Shown piece by piece: positions 50,506 through 60,971 of a stretch of DNA of 64,000 nt. The first letter of the stretch is position 1. Each line of letters starts with the position of its first letter. The notes under the pieces are model-generated. The model had not been told where the DNA came from and made no database searches. It saw only the letters and a list, made by a program, of their open reading frames with translations. This DNA is from an uncultured delta proteobacterium (GTDB taxonomy: Bacteria > Desulfobacterota > Binatia > UBA9968), in assembly GCA_963847445.1 (NCBI GenBank), contig CAWJZV010000046.1, positions 64,001-128,000 of the forward strand, read 5' to 3'. The translations under genes and the position numbers were made by a program.

Positions 50506-52783
50506 TCAATCGTCGATGGCTAGTTCCGGCTCCGGGTTCGCAGCGCCGTCGCCTTCGACCCAAGGTTTGAATTTTTCGTAAAGTTCGCTGAGCTTCGCTT
50601 TGTAGTGTTCGACGTTTTCGTCGGGGTTCTTTGCGTCCCAATCTGACGCTGGTTTGCAGTTGTCGCTGATCTTGACTTTGGCTTTGCCACCGGTGACGTA
50701 ATAGGAAATCTGGTCGCCCGCCTGATAGGGGCGATCGGCTTTGAGCGCCAGTTCATAGGGCGCGGCGGCGTTGCGTTTCTTGGCTTTGACTTTCGCTTGG
50801 TAATTCTCCAGTGAGTCTTGCAGCGTCTCGGTTTTCGCCAGCCAAGAAATGTCTTTGCGATGATTGGCGACGTCGTCGGCATACCGGTTGTAAAGCTCGG
50901 GAATTTTTTCCTTTTCACCTTTGAGCAGCAGCGTCAGCATTTCTTCCAGCCATTCGCGCTGGAACAATTCCAAGCCGCGCGAGCGCAGCCCGGAGCCTTT
51001 GATGCGCAGCCGGCCCTGCTCGTCGAGCAGGGCGTAGTTTTTCATCTTATAGCTGAACATGGCCGGGTAGCGGCCGTCGAGTTCGAGCTCGATGCCTTTG
51101 GGCAGAATCTCGCCGAGATCGTCGATCAGCTTCTCTTCGTCATTGGCGGTCTTGACACTTTCCGGCGGCACGAAATAGATGCCATCGGTGTCGACTTCGA
51201 TGATCTTGGCGTCTTTGCCTTTCAGCCAGGCGACGGCGGACTGGATCAGCTCCCGGCCCTTGGCCGTAACCTGATTGGCCGCGCTGAAATCGTTGAAGTG
51301 GCGCCATCTGAAAACCCAGGTAGCCGTAAAAGGAATTGATGAGAATTTTAAACGTCGATTGCAGGGCGTTGAAATAGACTCGACCTTCCTCGTCGTCGGC
51401 GTCGCGGGCGAGCTCCTTGGCTTTGACGCGGAAGGCGCGCAGATCGCTTAACAGGCCGGGGAAGACGCCGAGCTCGTCTTTCTTCGGCAGGTATTTATAA
51501 ACCAGCATGATCGACGGGTAGAGCGAGGTGACGTCGCAGTGCAGCACATGATTGGCCGTGCCCTGATACTCCATGTCGGTGAAGCCGCCGATGACGGCGC
51601 CGACCTCGTCGGGGTAGGGCACGGAATGGCGCTGATGCAGATACTCGCGCAGGAACAGGGCGTCGATTTTGGTGGCATTGCCGCGCAGCGGCATGTTCTG
51701 ATAGCTGAACGGAAAAATCTGCGCCTCGACGAAGTAGCTGGGCGAAAGGATCTCGGAGATCGCCCGGGTCTCGCGCACGTCGTCGAGGGCGTAGCGAAAC
51801 AAGGTGTCGGGATCATGATCGAAGTACCAGCTGGTCTTGTCGCCCGGCACATAGGTGCGCTCGGCGCCGGCGACGCCAAAATGGCGCGCGATGTCTTTCA
51901 AGCCGAAGCTCTCGAGCTCGCGGGTGGCGACATCGTAATGTTGCGCGAGAATCCAGGTGTCGATGATATGGCGGCCGAAGATTTCATATTTCCGATAGGT
52001 GATCGTCCGCTCGGCCATCTGCATGCGCGACGCATGGCCGCTCAAGCGCGAGCCGTCGCGGCCGAAGTTGAGCGCGACTTTGTGTCGCTTGGCGCGGGCT
52101 TCGATGTACTCCAAATCGAAGCGGAAAATATTATGCCCCTCGATCACGTCCGGGTCGCGCCGCTGGATCTCTTGCACCAGCTCCCGCAGCATCTCGGCTT
52201 CGCTGTACTCCTTGCCCGAGATCAGCCGCTCCCAACCGGTAGAGTCGGACAGAGCGATGGCCGTGATACGGTCGCTCTCCCGCGCTGCACTGGGAAAATT
52301 AAAACCGCTCTGGCAATAGGTTTCGATGTCGAGCTGTAAGCGCTTCAACTCGCGAAAGGTCATGCCGAGAAAATGCGTCCTGCCGGAAAGTAACAGAAAT
52401 TGTTGCAGCGGGTCGCTGAAATACCAATAAGGCGCGTCGCCGGCGGAGGGTGTCTTGCCGGTCTTTTTCTGCAAATAGGCCTTGGCGTCGTCGAGCTGTT
52501 TCAAGCCGGCGAACAGCGCCAAACGGTTGAAGGCGCCGCTGCCGGCGAGCTTTTCGATTTGCGCTTCGCCGCTCCAGCCGCTGAGTGGGTCGTCGCCTTC
52601 GAGCAGCATCAACGGCTGTAATGTCGCTGCTTCGCTGCGCACCGTTTCGCCGTCGCGAAAAAAGATCTTGACACTGGCGTCGCCGTCGACTTCGAATGCG
52701 ATCGCTGCCGCCGTGGCGTCATGGCCAAACAGGACTTCGTTTTTTTGAAATAGCGGGAGTAGTTGTTGCCGGTGTGCTTGCAT
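50506..52783 (-). CDS. polB: Family B DNA polymerase with 3'-5' exonuclease (one frameshift near 51300)
   Basis: ExoI LDIET, ExoII GHNIFRFD, ExoIII YALDD; motif A DVTSLYPS, motif B KILINSFYGYLG, motif C VDTDG (in the shifted frame), KNYA. Confidence 0.9.
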
Positions 52784-52928
52784 AAGCTCAGCGCCGACTA
52801 TAGCAAACTGCTCGGGGTTCGCCTAGCCGCTGTGCCGGGCGGGTCGCGCTCGCGCCATATAAATTATTCGTCGAATCCCGCTTTTCCCTGGAGGATTTGG
52901 CGTGGGATATGGTAAATTAACAACAGTT

Positions 52929-53709
52929 ATGGACCCGCTCAGTTTTGATAGCCGCCCGACGCTGCGCAGCCCAACCCTGGTGCTGGCATTTGCCGGCTGG
53001 AGCGATGCCGGGGCATCGGCGACGACGGCGTTGCGCTATCTGGTCGACAACCTGATGGGCAGGAAGTTCGCCAGCATCGATCCGGAGGAGTTTTACGATT
53101 TTTACCGCCAGCGGCCGGTGGTCCGGTTGAATGACGCCAAGGTTCGCGAGATCCATTGGCCGTCCTTCGATTTCTATCATGGCGCCGGCACTCGGCCTTG
53201 AGAAGGATTTTATTTTCGGCATCGGCGCCGAGCCGCATCTGCGCTGGCGGACCTTCACTGAAACCATGCTGCGTTTCGCCCGCGAGTGCGAGGCGGAGAT
53301 GGTGGTGACTCTGGGCGCCTATCTCGACGAAGTGCTCTACACCCGGCCGGTGCCGCTCACTGGATTTTCCACCGATGCTAAATTGATGGAGCAGTTGGAC
53401 CTCGCGCCGTCGCGCTACCAAGGGCCGACCGGCATCGTCGGGGTGTTGACCGACGCCTGCCGCCAGAGCGGCGTGGCGAATCTGAGCATCTGGGCGTCGC
53501 TGCCGCACTATCTCAATGTTTCACCCAACCCGCGCGGCAGCTTGGCGCTGCTCTTGCGGATGAACCAATGGCTCGGCTTGCGCGTCGACACGACGCCGAT
53601 GGAACGCGCCGCCGCCGATTTTCAGGCCAAGATCAACGAAGCCGTCAACGCCGACCCAAAACTTTCCGCGTACGTGCGTGAATTGAAGAAACGCGAATTC
53701 GAGCAGTGA
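52929..53709 (+). CDS. PAC2-family (proteasome assembly chaperone-like) protein, one frameshift
   Basis: AFAGWSDAG, IDPEEFYDF...RP, EPHLRW, VVTLGA, YQGPTGIVG, WASLPHY. Confidence 0.9.
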
Positions 53710-54417
53710 AGCTCTCCGTCCTCGTCCCGGTCTACAACGAAGAGCGCACGCTGGAAGAGGTGGTGCGCCGAGTGTGCGCCTTTCCGAAGGCGAAGGAGAT
53801 CATTCTTGTCGACGATGGTTCGAAGGATCGGAGTCGTGAGATTCTCACGCGTTTGCAGGAAGCGAATCAGCGGGCGAAGGATCCACTCAATCACATTAGG
53901 ATTTTTTTTCAGCGAGCGGAACCAGGGCAAGGGTGCGGCGCTCAAAACCGCGCTCGGTCACGTGACCGGTGAAATCGTCCTAGTTCAGGATGCCGACCTC
54001 GAATATGATCCGGCGGACTATCCGGCACTGATCGAGCCGATTGAAAAAGGGCTGGCCGATGTGGTCTACGGCACGCGTTTCGCGGGTGGCGGTGCGCACC
54101 GGGTGTTCTTTTTTTGGCACTCGATGGGCAATCGAGTTCTGACATTGCTGTCCAACATGCTTTCCAATCTAAATCTCTCTGATATGGAAGTCGGTTACAA
54201 AGTATTTCGCGCGCAAGTACTGGAAGGCATCGAACTAAAATCGCGCCGTTTCGGCTTCGAACCCGAAATCACCATGAAGCTCGCCAAGAAACGCTGCCGA
54301 TTCTACGAAGTGCCGATCTCCTACCATGGCCGCACCTACGAAGAGGGTAAGAAGATCACCTGGAAAGACGGCGTCGCGGCGCTGTATTACATGCTGCGAT
54401 TCCGGTTCTCCGATTGA
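53706..54417 (+). CDS. GT2 glycosyltransferase (DPM1-like), one frameshift
   Basis: VPVYNEE, VDDGSKD, NQGKGAA, QDADLEYDP, RFGFEPE, EGKKI. Confidence 0.9.
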
Positions 54418-54485
54418 GTGGTTGGGGAAAAACTGCCGGCGCAGCATGCTGCGCCCCAACAGGTCGTTCCGTATTCTTTCGGTTG

Positions 54486-55436
54486 CTATCCTCTCGCTCC
54501 CTCGTTCCACAATTCATCCATGTAATCCTTGAGCGCTTCCTTGAGTGGGAACTTGGGCGTGTAGCCGAGCTCCGCTTGGCTGACGCTGATATCCATTGGC
54601 ATGCTGCGGCTCTTGTCGGCGCTGCTGCTGCCGCTGACTTTGATTTCCAGCTTGGGTGCGACTTCGCGCACCACCTGAGCTAATTGCTCGGCGCCGTGGA
54701 CCGCGCCGGTGCCGGCGTTGTAAATGCGCTGCTGGGGATGCTGCGCTTGGCAGGCGAGTAGCAACGCGAGACCGACATCTTTACCGTAGACATATTCGTT
54801 GGGACCGTAAGTCTTGGCGTCGATGGTGATCGGATCGCCTTTGATCATCGCCAGCGCCAAGTCGCGCATGACCATGCCGACGGTGGAGCCGCCGACGTAG
54901 AAGCCGCGGCCGAACACGCCGCCGGGACGGATGATGATGCTGTCCAAGTTGTACATGCTGGTGTAGGCGTGGAGCAAATGTTCGGAGCAAACTTTGGTGG
55001 TGGCGTAAAGGTTGTGGCCGCCGATGGGGTGAACCTCTTTGACCACGCTGTCATTGATCTTGCCACGCTCGTAGACGCCAAAGGTGCTGACGTAGACCAC
55101 CCGGCGCAGTTTTCTTAGCCGGGCCGCTTCGAGAATATTGATCGTACCTAAAATATTGTTGGTCGCGCCGGTGTAAGAGTTTTCTTGCACCCGCCCGCCG
55201 ATCAAACCCGCGGTGTGGACCAGGGTGTCGACGTTGAATTTTTCCAGCGCCGTGAGCAGCGCCGGCAAGTCGAGCATGTTGGCGGCGACGACGTCGGCCT
55301 TGTCTTTTCCGACGATTTTGCCGATGTAATCGCGGTTGGGCGAAAGGTCGAAAAGCACGACCTTGTGGCCGGCGTCGACCATTTGGCGCGCCGCGTGAGC
55401 GCCGATCAGTCCGGCGCCGGTGATAAGAATGTTCAT
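54486..55436 (-). CDS. NAD-dependent epimerase/dehydratase
   Basis: ITGAGLIG, HTAG, YVST, YATTK. Confidence 0.9.
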   Translation of the reverse strand: MNILITGAGLIGAHAARQMVDAGHKVVLFDLSPNRDYIGKIVGKDKADVVAANMLDLPALLTALEKFNVDTLVHTAGLIGGRVQENSYTGATNNILGTINILEAARLRKLRRVVYVSTFGVYERGKINDSVVKEVHPIGGHNLYATTKVCSEHLLHAYTSMYNLDSIIIRPGGVFGRGFYVGGSTVGMVMRDLALAMIKGDPITIDAKTYGPNEYVYGKDVGLALLLACQAQHPQQRIYNAGTGAVHGAEQLAQVVREVAPKLEIKVSGSSSADKSRSMPMDISVSQAELGYTPKFPLKEALKDYMDELWNEGARG

Positions 55437-55475
55437 GTTGCCTCCTACTTAATTTCTCTTCGATGACGATGCAGA

Positions 55476-56447
55476 TTATTTGATACCCAGCTCCTGGTTC
55501 ACTTCCCGTTGCAGGCTGAAGTCAAAAATCTTCGCTGCTGGCACCGGTTCTTTGAGCTTCAGCACTTCGGCGTCGGCGCGGAGAAATTCCTCGACTTCCT
55601 TGTCGGTGGGCAGTCCGTTGGTGGTAAACGCCGGGCGAGCCAAGCGATAGGATTCAAGCGCGACATTCAGGTCGACATTCAATAGCTTCGCCAGGACTTC
55701 GGCGCTGCCGCGTTCGTTCTCGAATAGATAGCGGTGTGCCCGGGAGCGGGCGCGCAGGATGCGTTTCACCAGGTCGCGTTTTTCCCGCAGCAGTTTTTCG
55801 GAGAAGGCCAAGCCGTTCTGCAGATTAGGCAGATCGTCCAGCGTGCTGCCGTGGATGCGCAGCTTGAACTTGTCGCGCGCCAGGATGACGGTCGGTGGCG
55901 ACAGCGCTGCCAAGTGAATCGCCCCGCTCATGAGGCTCTGGAGCTGAGCCGGGACGTCGCCGCCGATTACCATTGTGATGTCTTTGTCGGTATCGAGCCC
56001 GGCCTTTTGCAGCAGACGTAGGCCAGCCAAATGCTGCGATCCGCCGAAGGTGGTGGTGCCGAAGGTTTTGCCTTTGAGTTCCGCCAGGGATTTGATTTCC
56101 GGTTTGGTCACCAGCCAGAATAGATTTTTCTTGAGGCTCTGCGACATGACTTTGGCCGGCAGATCACTGCGCTCCATGGCGCGAATGATCGTGCCGACGT
56201 TGTTGATCGCATGGGCGTCGCCGCTGAGTAGCGCGGTGACGCCGATATTGCCGCGCACCTGGACGACATCGGCGTTGAGCCCTTCCTGGCGGAAAAAGCC
56301 GCGTTCCTGGGCGATATAGAGATCGACGGAGGCGATGCTACGGCTCGGGTAGGTGATGACGATGCGATCGAGCGGCGTTTGGGCGTGGGCGGTCGCGCCG
56401 CTGCAGATGAAGGCGAACCAGGCGAGAATAACGAATGTAAGTTTCAT
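55476..56447 (-). CDS. NMT1/SsuA-like ABC substrate-binding protein (orphan)
   Basis: Signal peptide, AQERGFFRQEGL, ELKGKTFG, GLDTDKD. Confidence 0.9.
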   Translation of the reverse strand: MKLTFVILAWFAFICSGATAHAQTPLDRIVITYPSRSIASVDLYIAQERGFFRQEGLNADVVQVRGNIGVTALLSGDAHAINNVGTIIRAMERSDLPAKVMSQSLKKNLFWLVTKPEIKSLAELKGKTFGTTTFGGSQHLAGLRLLQKAGLDTDKDITMVIGGDVPAQLQSLMSGAIHLAALSPPTVILARDKFKLRIHGSTLDDLPNLQNGLAFSEKLLREKRDLVKRILRARSRAHRYLFENERGSAEVLAKLLNVDLNVALESYRLARPAFTTNGLPTDKEVEEFLRADAEVLKLKEPVPAAKIFDFSLQREVNQELGIK

Positions 56448-56570
56448 TTGGCCCTCGATATTTAGTGGAAATGTCATGGATGTCAACCGATTCTCGGGCG
56501 TGACGCAACCCTCTCTTGAAACCGCGCCGGAAATTACAGTATACAGGGGTAAATAAGGAGGATGATTTTT

Positions 56571-56990
56571 ATGAAAGTGAAGCAAATCTATCATATCGGT
56601 TTACCTTGCAATGATTTGGAGCGCGGTGTGAAGTTTTACACCGAAGTCTTGGGCATGAAATGCACCAAGATCGGTTACGACACCGAGAGCGGCGGCCCGT
56701 ACAAAGAAAAATACGGCATGTTCCCCAACATCGCCCGGCTATTTATGGAAGATGGCATGTGCTTGGTGTTGTTCCAACGGCCCGAAGAGGTGGAGCGGGG
56801 CGATTTCGACGAGGGCACGTCCCATCTAGCGTTGGAAGTCAGCTCTGAAGACTTTGACAAGGCCAATGATGAGCTCCAGAAAGCCGGCGTGAAAGTGTCC
56901 ATCGATAAGCCGGTGGTCCGGCCCACGGGCAAGGCGATTTACTTCTACGATACCGAACAGAATTACATTCAGCTCTGGTCGAGGCCGTAA
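56571..56990 (+). CDS. Single-domain VOC/glyoxalase protein
   Basis: IYHIGL, FYTEVLG, SHLALEV, IYFYDTEQNYIQL. Confidence 0.85.
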   Translation: MKVKQIYHIGLPCNDLERGVKFYTEVLGMKCTKIGYDTESGGPYKEKYGMFPNIARLFMEDGMCLVLFQRPEEVERGDFDEGTSHLALEVSSEDFDKANDELQKAGVKVSIDKPVVRPTGKAIYFYDTEQNYIQLWSRP

Positions 56991-57000
56991 CGCGGGTATA

Positions 57001-57062
57001 GTTTCGGGTTACGGGTTTCGCGTTCCGAGTTAACCTGAAACCCAAGACTCGAAACTCGAAAC
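57001..57062. repeat. Head-to-head inverted 7-mer arms (GTTTCGR/YCGAAAC)
   Basis: GTTTCGG GTTACGG GTTTCGC GTTCCGA GTT | AACCTGA AACCCAA GACTCGA AACTCGA AAC. Confidence 0.85.
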
Positions 57063-57099
57063 GCTTTTTTGGCATTCCCCGAGTTTCCTGGAGAATTCT

Positions 57100-57921
57100 T
57101 CAGGGGGCTCGGGGAATGTCTTTTTGGCCGTCAGCAAGTCGTTTGGCCGAGGTGAGAAAACCGGTGTGGGCGACCATGCGGTGCTGCGGCCGGGCGCTCA
57201 TGCCTTTGAAGTGCCAGAAGCGCATCAAGCTTTCGCTAGTTTCGATGCAGGCGAAACGTTTGTCGTCGCGCAGAGCGTCGACCAAATTTTTAACTTGCAG
57301 CACCGTTGGCAGGTAGCAGAGCAAGATGCCGCCGGGCCGGAGCACCCGCCAGGCTCGCTCGATGACATGCCAAGGCTCGGGCAGGTCCAGGACGACACGA
57401 TCGATGTCGGTTTCCGCCAATTCGGTGGCGACATCGCCGAGCTTGATCGTCCAGTTGGGCGACGGACCGAAGTAGCGCGAAACGTTTTGCTGCGCCATCG
57501 CGGAAAAATCTTCACGCAGCTCGTAGGAAATCAGTCGCCCGTCGGCGCCGATGGCGCGTAGCAGCGCCATGCTCAGCGCGCCGGCGCCGACGCCGGCCTC
57601 GATGACCCGCGCGCCGGGGAAAAGATCGGCCCAGATCAAGATTGGTCCGATGTCCTTCGGATAGATGACTTGCGCCGTGCGCGGCAGGTTGGGAATCAGC
57701 TGCGGCAAGCTCGGTCGAAAGACCAGAAAAGGTTCGTTCACCGAGGAGCGCACGACGATGCCTTCGTCGTGGCCGATGATATCCTCGACGGCGATCTTGC
57801 CGCCGCGGATCGCGATCGGCCGGCGCTGATCGAGGCGCGAGAGATATTCCCGGTCTTTGCGGTCGAGCAAGATTACCGGTTCGTCGGCGGCCAATGGCCC
57901 TCTGCGATAGTTGCTGTCCAT
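57100..57921 (-). CDS. trmI: tRNA (adenine58-N1)-methyltransferase
   Basis: QVIYPKD, EAGVGAGAL, LDLPEPW, YLPT, RPQHRMVAHTGFL. Confidence 0.9.
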   Translation of the reverse strand: MDSNYRRGPLAADEPVILLDRKDREYLSRLDQRRPIAIRGGKIAVEDIIGHDEGIVVRSSVNEPFLVFRPSLPQLIPNLPRTAQVIYPKDIGPILIWADLFPGARVIEAGVGAGALSMALLRAIGADGRLISYELREDFSAMAQQNVSRYFGPSPNWTIKLGDVATELAETDIDRVVLDLPEPWHVIERAWRVLRPGGILLCYLPTVLQVKNLVDALRDDKRFACIETSESLMRFWHFKGMSARPQHRMVAHTGFLTSAKRLADGQKDIPRAP

Positions 57922-57995
57922 ATTTTTCTTATTGGCTAATTGCGAACAGGTGTTTCACCAAAAAAACCACTGCACGGCGTCGCCGTAACCGAGAC

Positions 57996-58121
57996 TCGGA
58001 ATATCTCTCGCAAAGACGCTAAGCTCGCAAAGGTCGGAGAGTTAGGATGAAATTCGTTCGTAAGATATTTACTTTCCCCTCCACCTTGGCGTCTTTGCGC
58101 CTTTGCGAGAGGCAATTCCGA
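57996..58121. repeat. CGCAAAG inverted-arm element
   Basis: TCGGAAT..CTCTCGCAAAGACGCTAAGCTCGCAAAG ... CTTGGCGTCTTTGCGCCTTTGCGAGAG..ATTCCGA. Confidence 0.85.
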
Positions 58122-58128
58122 ATCCGAT

Positions 58129-59239
58129 TTACTTAACAGTGTAGCTGCCCATGCCCTGGCGCTGGAGTTCGGCGACGATGTCGCGTACTTCCTGGGAGCG
58201 ATTGAGATCGCCGACCAGGATGGCGTCGGGGGTGTCGACGACGACGGCGTCGTCTATACCCAAGAGCACGACGAGGCGATCGGGGGAGTGGATCAGGCAG
58301 TTTTTCGAGCCGATCTGCACCCAGCGGCCGTTGCCGGCGTTGCCGTGAGCGTCTTTGCCCATCATGCGATGCACCGCGGCCCAGCTGCCGACATCGCTCC
58401 AGCCGAAGTCGGCTTCGACGGTGATGACTTTGCCTTCGGCGCCGGCTTTTTCCAAAACCGCAAAGTCGATGGAGATGCTCGGCATCTGGCCATACTCGCG
58501 GGCGATGGTTCGCCGCGAGGCGGTGCTGGGACTAGCGAGCGATTTTCCCGCGGCGGCTTTGGCGATGCGGCTAAGCGCTGCGCCGATTGCCGGCTGATAG
58601 CGATTCAACAGATCCAGCAGCAAGGATGCTTTCCAGACAAAGATGCCGCTGTTCCACAACGAGCCTTGGCGAATTAATGTTTTTGGCCGCCGCTTCGCTA
58701 GGCTTCTCGGTAAATTTTTTGACTTGGAACGCGCCGCCGGCAGCGGCAAGTTTGCCGCTTTTCATGATGTAGCCATAGCCGGTTTCCGGGTAATCTGGGC
58801 GGATGCCGATGGTGACCAGCTGGTCGTGTTTTTTCGCCAGCGCGACAGCCGACTTCAGAGTGCGTTGGAAGCCTTTCACATCGGCGACCCAATGGTCGGC
58901 AGGAAGCACGACCATCACGCCGTTGGGATCGCGGCGCATTACTTCCAACGCGGCCAAACCGATGCAAGGCGCGGTGTTTTTTCCTAGCGGTTCGGCAATA
59001 AAATTGTTCTTGGGCAGGGCCGGCAGTTCTCTTTTGAGTGCGGTGACTTGCTCGGCGACGGTGACCACCAAGGTCCGCGCGCGGCCGCCGAGGCCGTAGA
59101 CGCGCTCGGCGGTTTCGTCGATCAAGCTTTTGCGGCTCAAGATTTTTAACAACTGTTTGGGTCGTTGAGCGCGGCTCAGGGGCCAGAAGCGCGTGCCTTT
59201 GCCGCCGGCGATGATGATGTTGAAGCAGTGTTTTTCCAT
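58129..59239 (-). CDS. manC: Mannose-1-phosphate guanylyltransferase (one frameshift)
   Basis: AGGKGTRFWPLSR, PKQ, EPLGKNTAP, PADH, PETGYGYI, FTEKP, WNSGIF, SIDFAVLEK, WSDVGSW. Confidence 0.9.
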
Positions 59240-59282
59240 TTGTCTGCGAGTTGATGAGTGCGCCGGTTAGTGTACGGTAGCC

Positions 59283-60258
59283 GTGATGGGCGATCAAGTG
59301 AATGGCCAAGATGAAAACCAGATTTGGCTTGTGCCCGATGATCTGCAAGCGGTCCGGTTAGACGGCTTCTTACGCCAATGCTTGCCGCATTTGTCGCGCC
59401 AGGAAGTTCATCGAGCCATCGCCGAGAAGTTTTTTCTACTCAACGGCAGAGTCGCGCGAAAGGGCGATCGCCTGAATGGCGGCGATCGGCTTTGCTTCGT
59501 CGGGCCGGCGGATTTGCTGTCCGACGCGCCGCCGCCGGCGCGGCAATTGGAAATCCCGATAATTTACGAGGACGATTCGCTGCTCGTCGTCGACAAGCCG
59601 GCGGGTGTGGCGACCCATGGCTTTTCCGGACGAGATCGCGCCACCCTGGCGAATTTTCTTGCCGCCCAACGGCCCGGACTACTAAACATCGGCAAGAGCC
59701 GGTGGGAGCCTGGACTCGTGCATCGGCTCGACATCGAGACTTCAGGCGTAGTGCTCGTCGCCAAGACTCAAGCCGTCTTCGATCGGCTGCGCGAACAGTT
59801 TCGCCGCCGGGAGATCAAGAAAACCTATCTTGCCCTGGTGTGGGGGCAACCGATCGAGCGCGGCACCATCGAGCTGGCTTTGGCCCATGATCGTGGCGAC
59901 CGGCGCCGCATGGTTGCGGTGCAGCATCGCGAGCGGAGCGCCGACCGACGGGTTTGGCGGGCGATCACGCATTATCGTGTCATTGCCACTGCCAGCGGCA
60001 TGAGCTTGCTCGAGGTCGAAATGGAGACCGGCGTGACGCACCAGATTCGCGTGCACTTGTCCGTCGAACGGCTATCCGATCGTCGGCGATACTTTATATG
60101 GTGCGGACTATCCGGAGCGTTTCGGCTTGGCCCGCCATTGTTTGCACGCCAGCAGTCTGACCTTGCGCCACCCGGCGAGTGGTCAGCTTCTGTGTGTCGA
60201 TGCGCAGCTACCGGTTGAGCTTCGTGAGGTTTTACAGCGAATCGAAATGGCGGTCTAG
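59283..60258 (+). CDS. RluA/RluD-family pseudouridine synthase (frameshift near 3' end)
   Basis: S4-like RLD, VVDKPAG, VHRLDIETSG, TGVTHQIRVHL; IVGDTLYG and LHA in the shifted frame. Confidence 0.9.
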
Positions 60259-60620
60259 GCGGCGCTGGTTTTGATGCCTTTGGCTTTGGCGCAGGGGCCG
60301 CAGAAGTTGTTGAGCGTCACCGCTTCTTCCATCCAGCCGTCGTCGAGGTTGTGGCTGATTTTCTTGCATTCGAAACAGATGAAATACAGACCGTCGATGC
60401 TTTTATTGATCTTCTCGCGGTTGAGCACGCGACCGCGCAGCTTGTCGATGCGAATGCCGAGCAGTTCTTCGTAGTTTTTCTTTATCTTGCGCCGTCCGGC
60501 TTCGTCACTTGGAAGATCTTCATCATCGGACTCGTCATGGGTGCCGTCGTCAATATAGTCGTGCGACCGATCCTTAGCTTTGGCTGGCCGTCCCGCGGTT
60601 TTCTTCTTGGTTCGTGGCAT
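60255..60620 (-). CDS. Hypothetical protein with a C4 zinc finger (DksA/TraR-like spacing)
   Basis: Basic N-terminus, acidic patch, GLYFICFECKKI...FCGPC. Confidence 0.7.
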   Translation of the reverse strand: MPRTKKKTAGRPAKAKDRSHDYIDDGTHDESDDEDLPSDEAGRRKIKKNYEELLGIRIDKLRGRVLNREKINKSIDGLYFICFECKKISHNLDDGWMEEAVTLNNFCGPCAKAKGIKTSAA

Positions 60621-60971
60621 TTGTTTTGGCGCTCCGTGCGATACTGATCCTGGCGGCTGTTGGGTTTGCTGTCGGGAAGCGACCCTAATTGATAATGAAC
60701 GCAGCCAAGGTTGTCAATAGTGAAATCGGAAAGTGTAACTTTAATAGCATGCGCGCTCGGTAACAAGTTTGCGCCTGGCATGAATGGAGTCTCGTCCGAA
60801 GTACGGATGCGCCTTGCCAGCCGTCGCTCTTTAGGCGTAAAACGCTGTGACTAGGCTTCGGTTGATCTAAGTCAAAATTGGCCGTTCATGAGAAAGCAAA
60901 CGGCTGGAGGTTTTGTTGTGGAATCATCACTGCCTAACTCTCTGAATCGGCAAGGGACAACGCCTCCACCC

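Noticed and set aside
50506-52783. PolB as marker of a casposon, pipolin or prophage
   Set aside because: No cas1, integrase, terminal repeats or phage genes nearby; neighbours look chromosomal.
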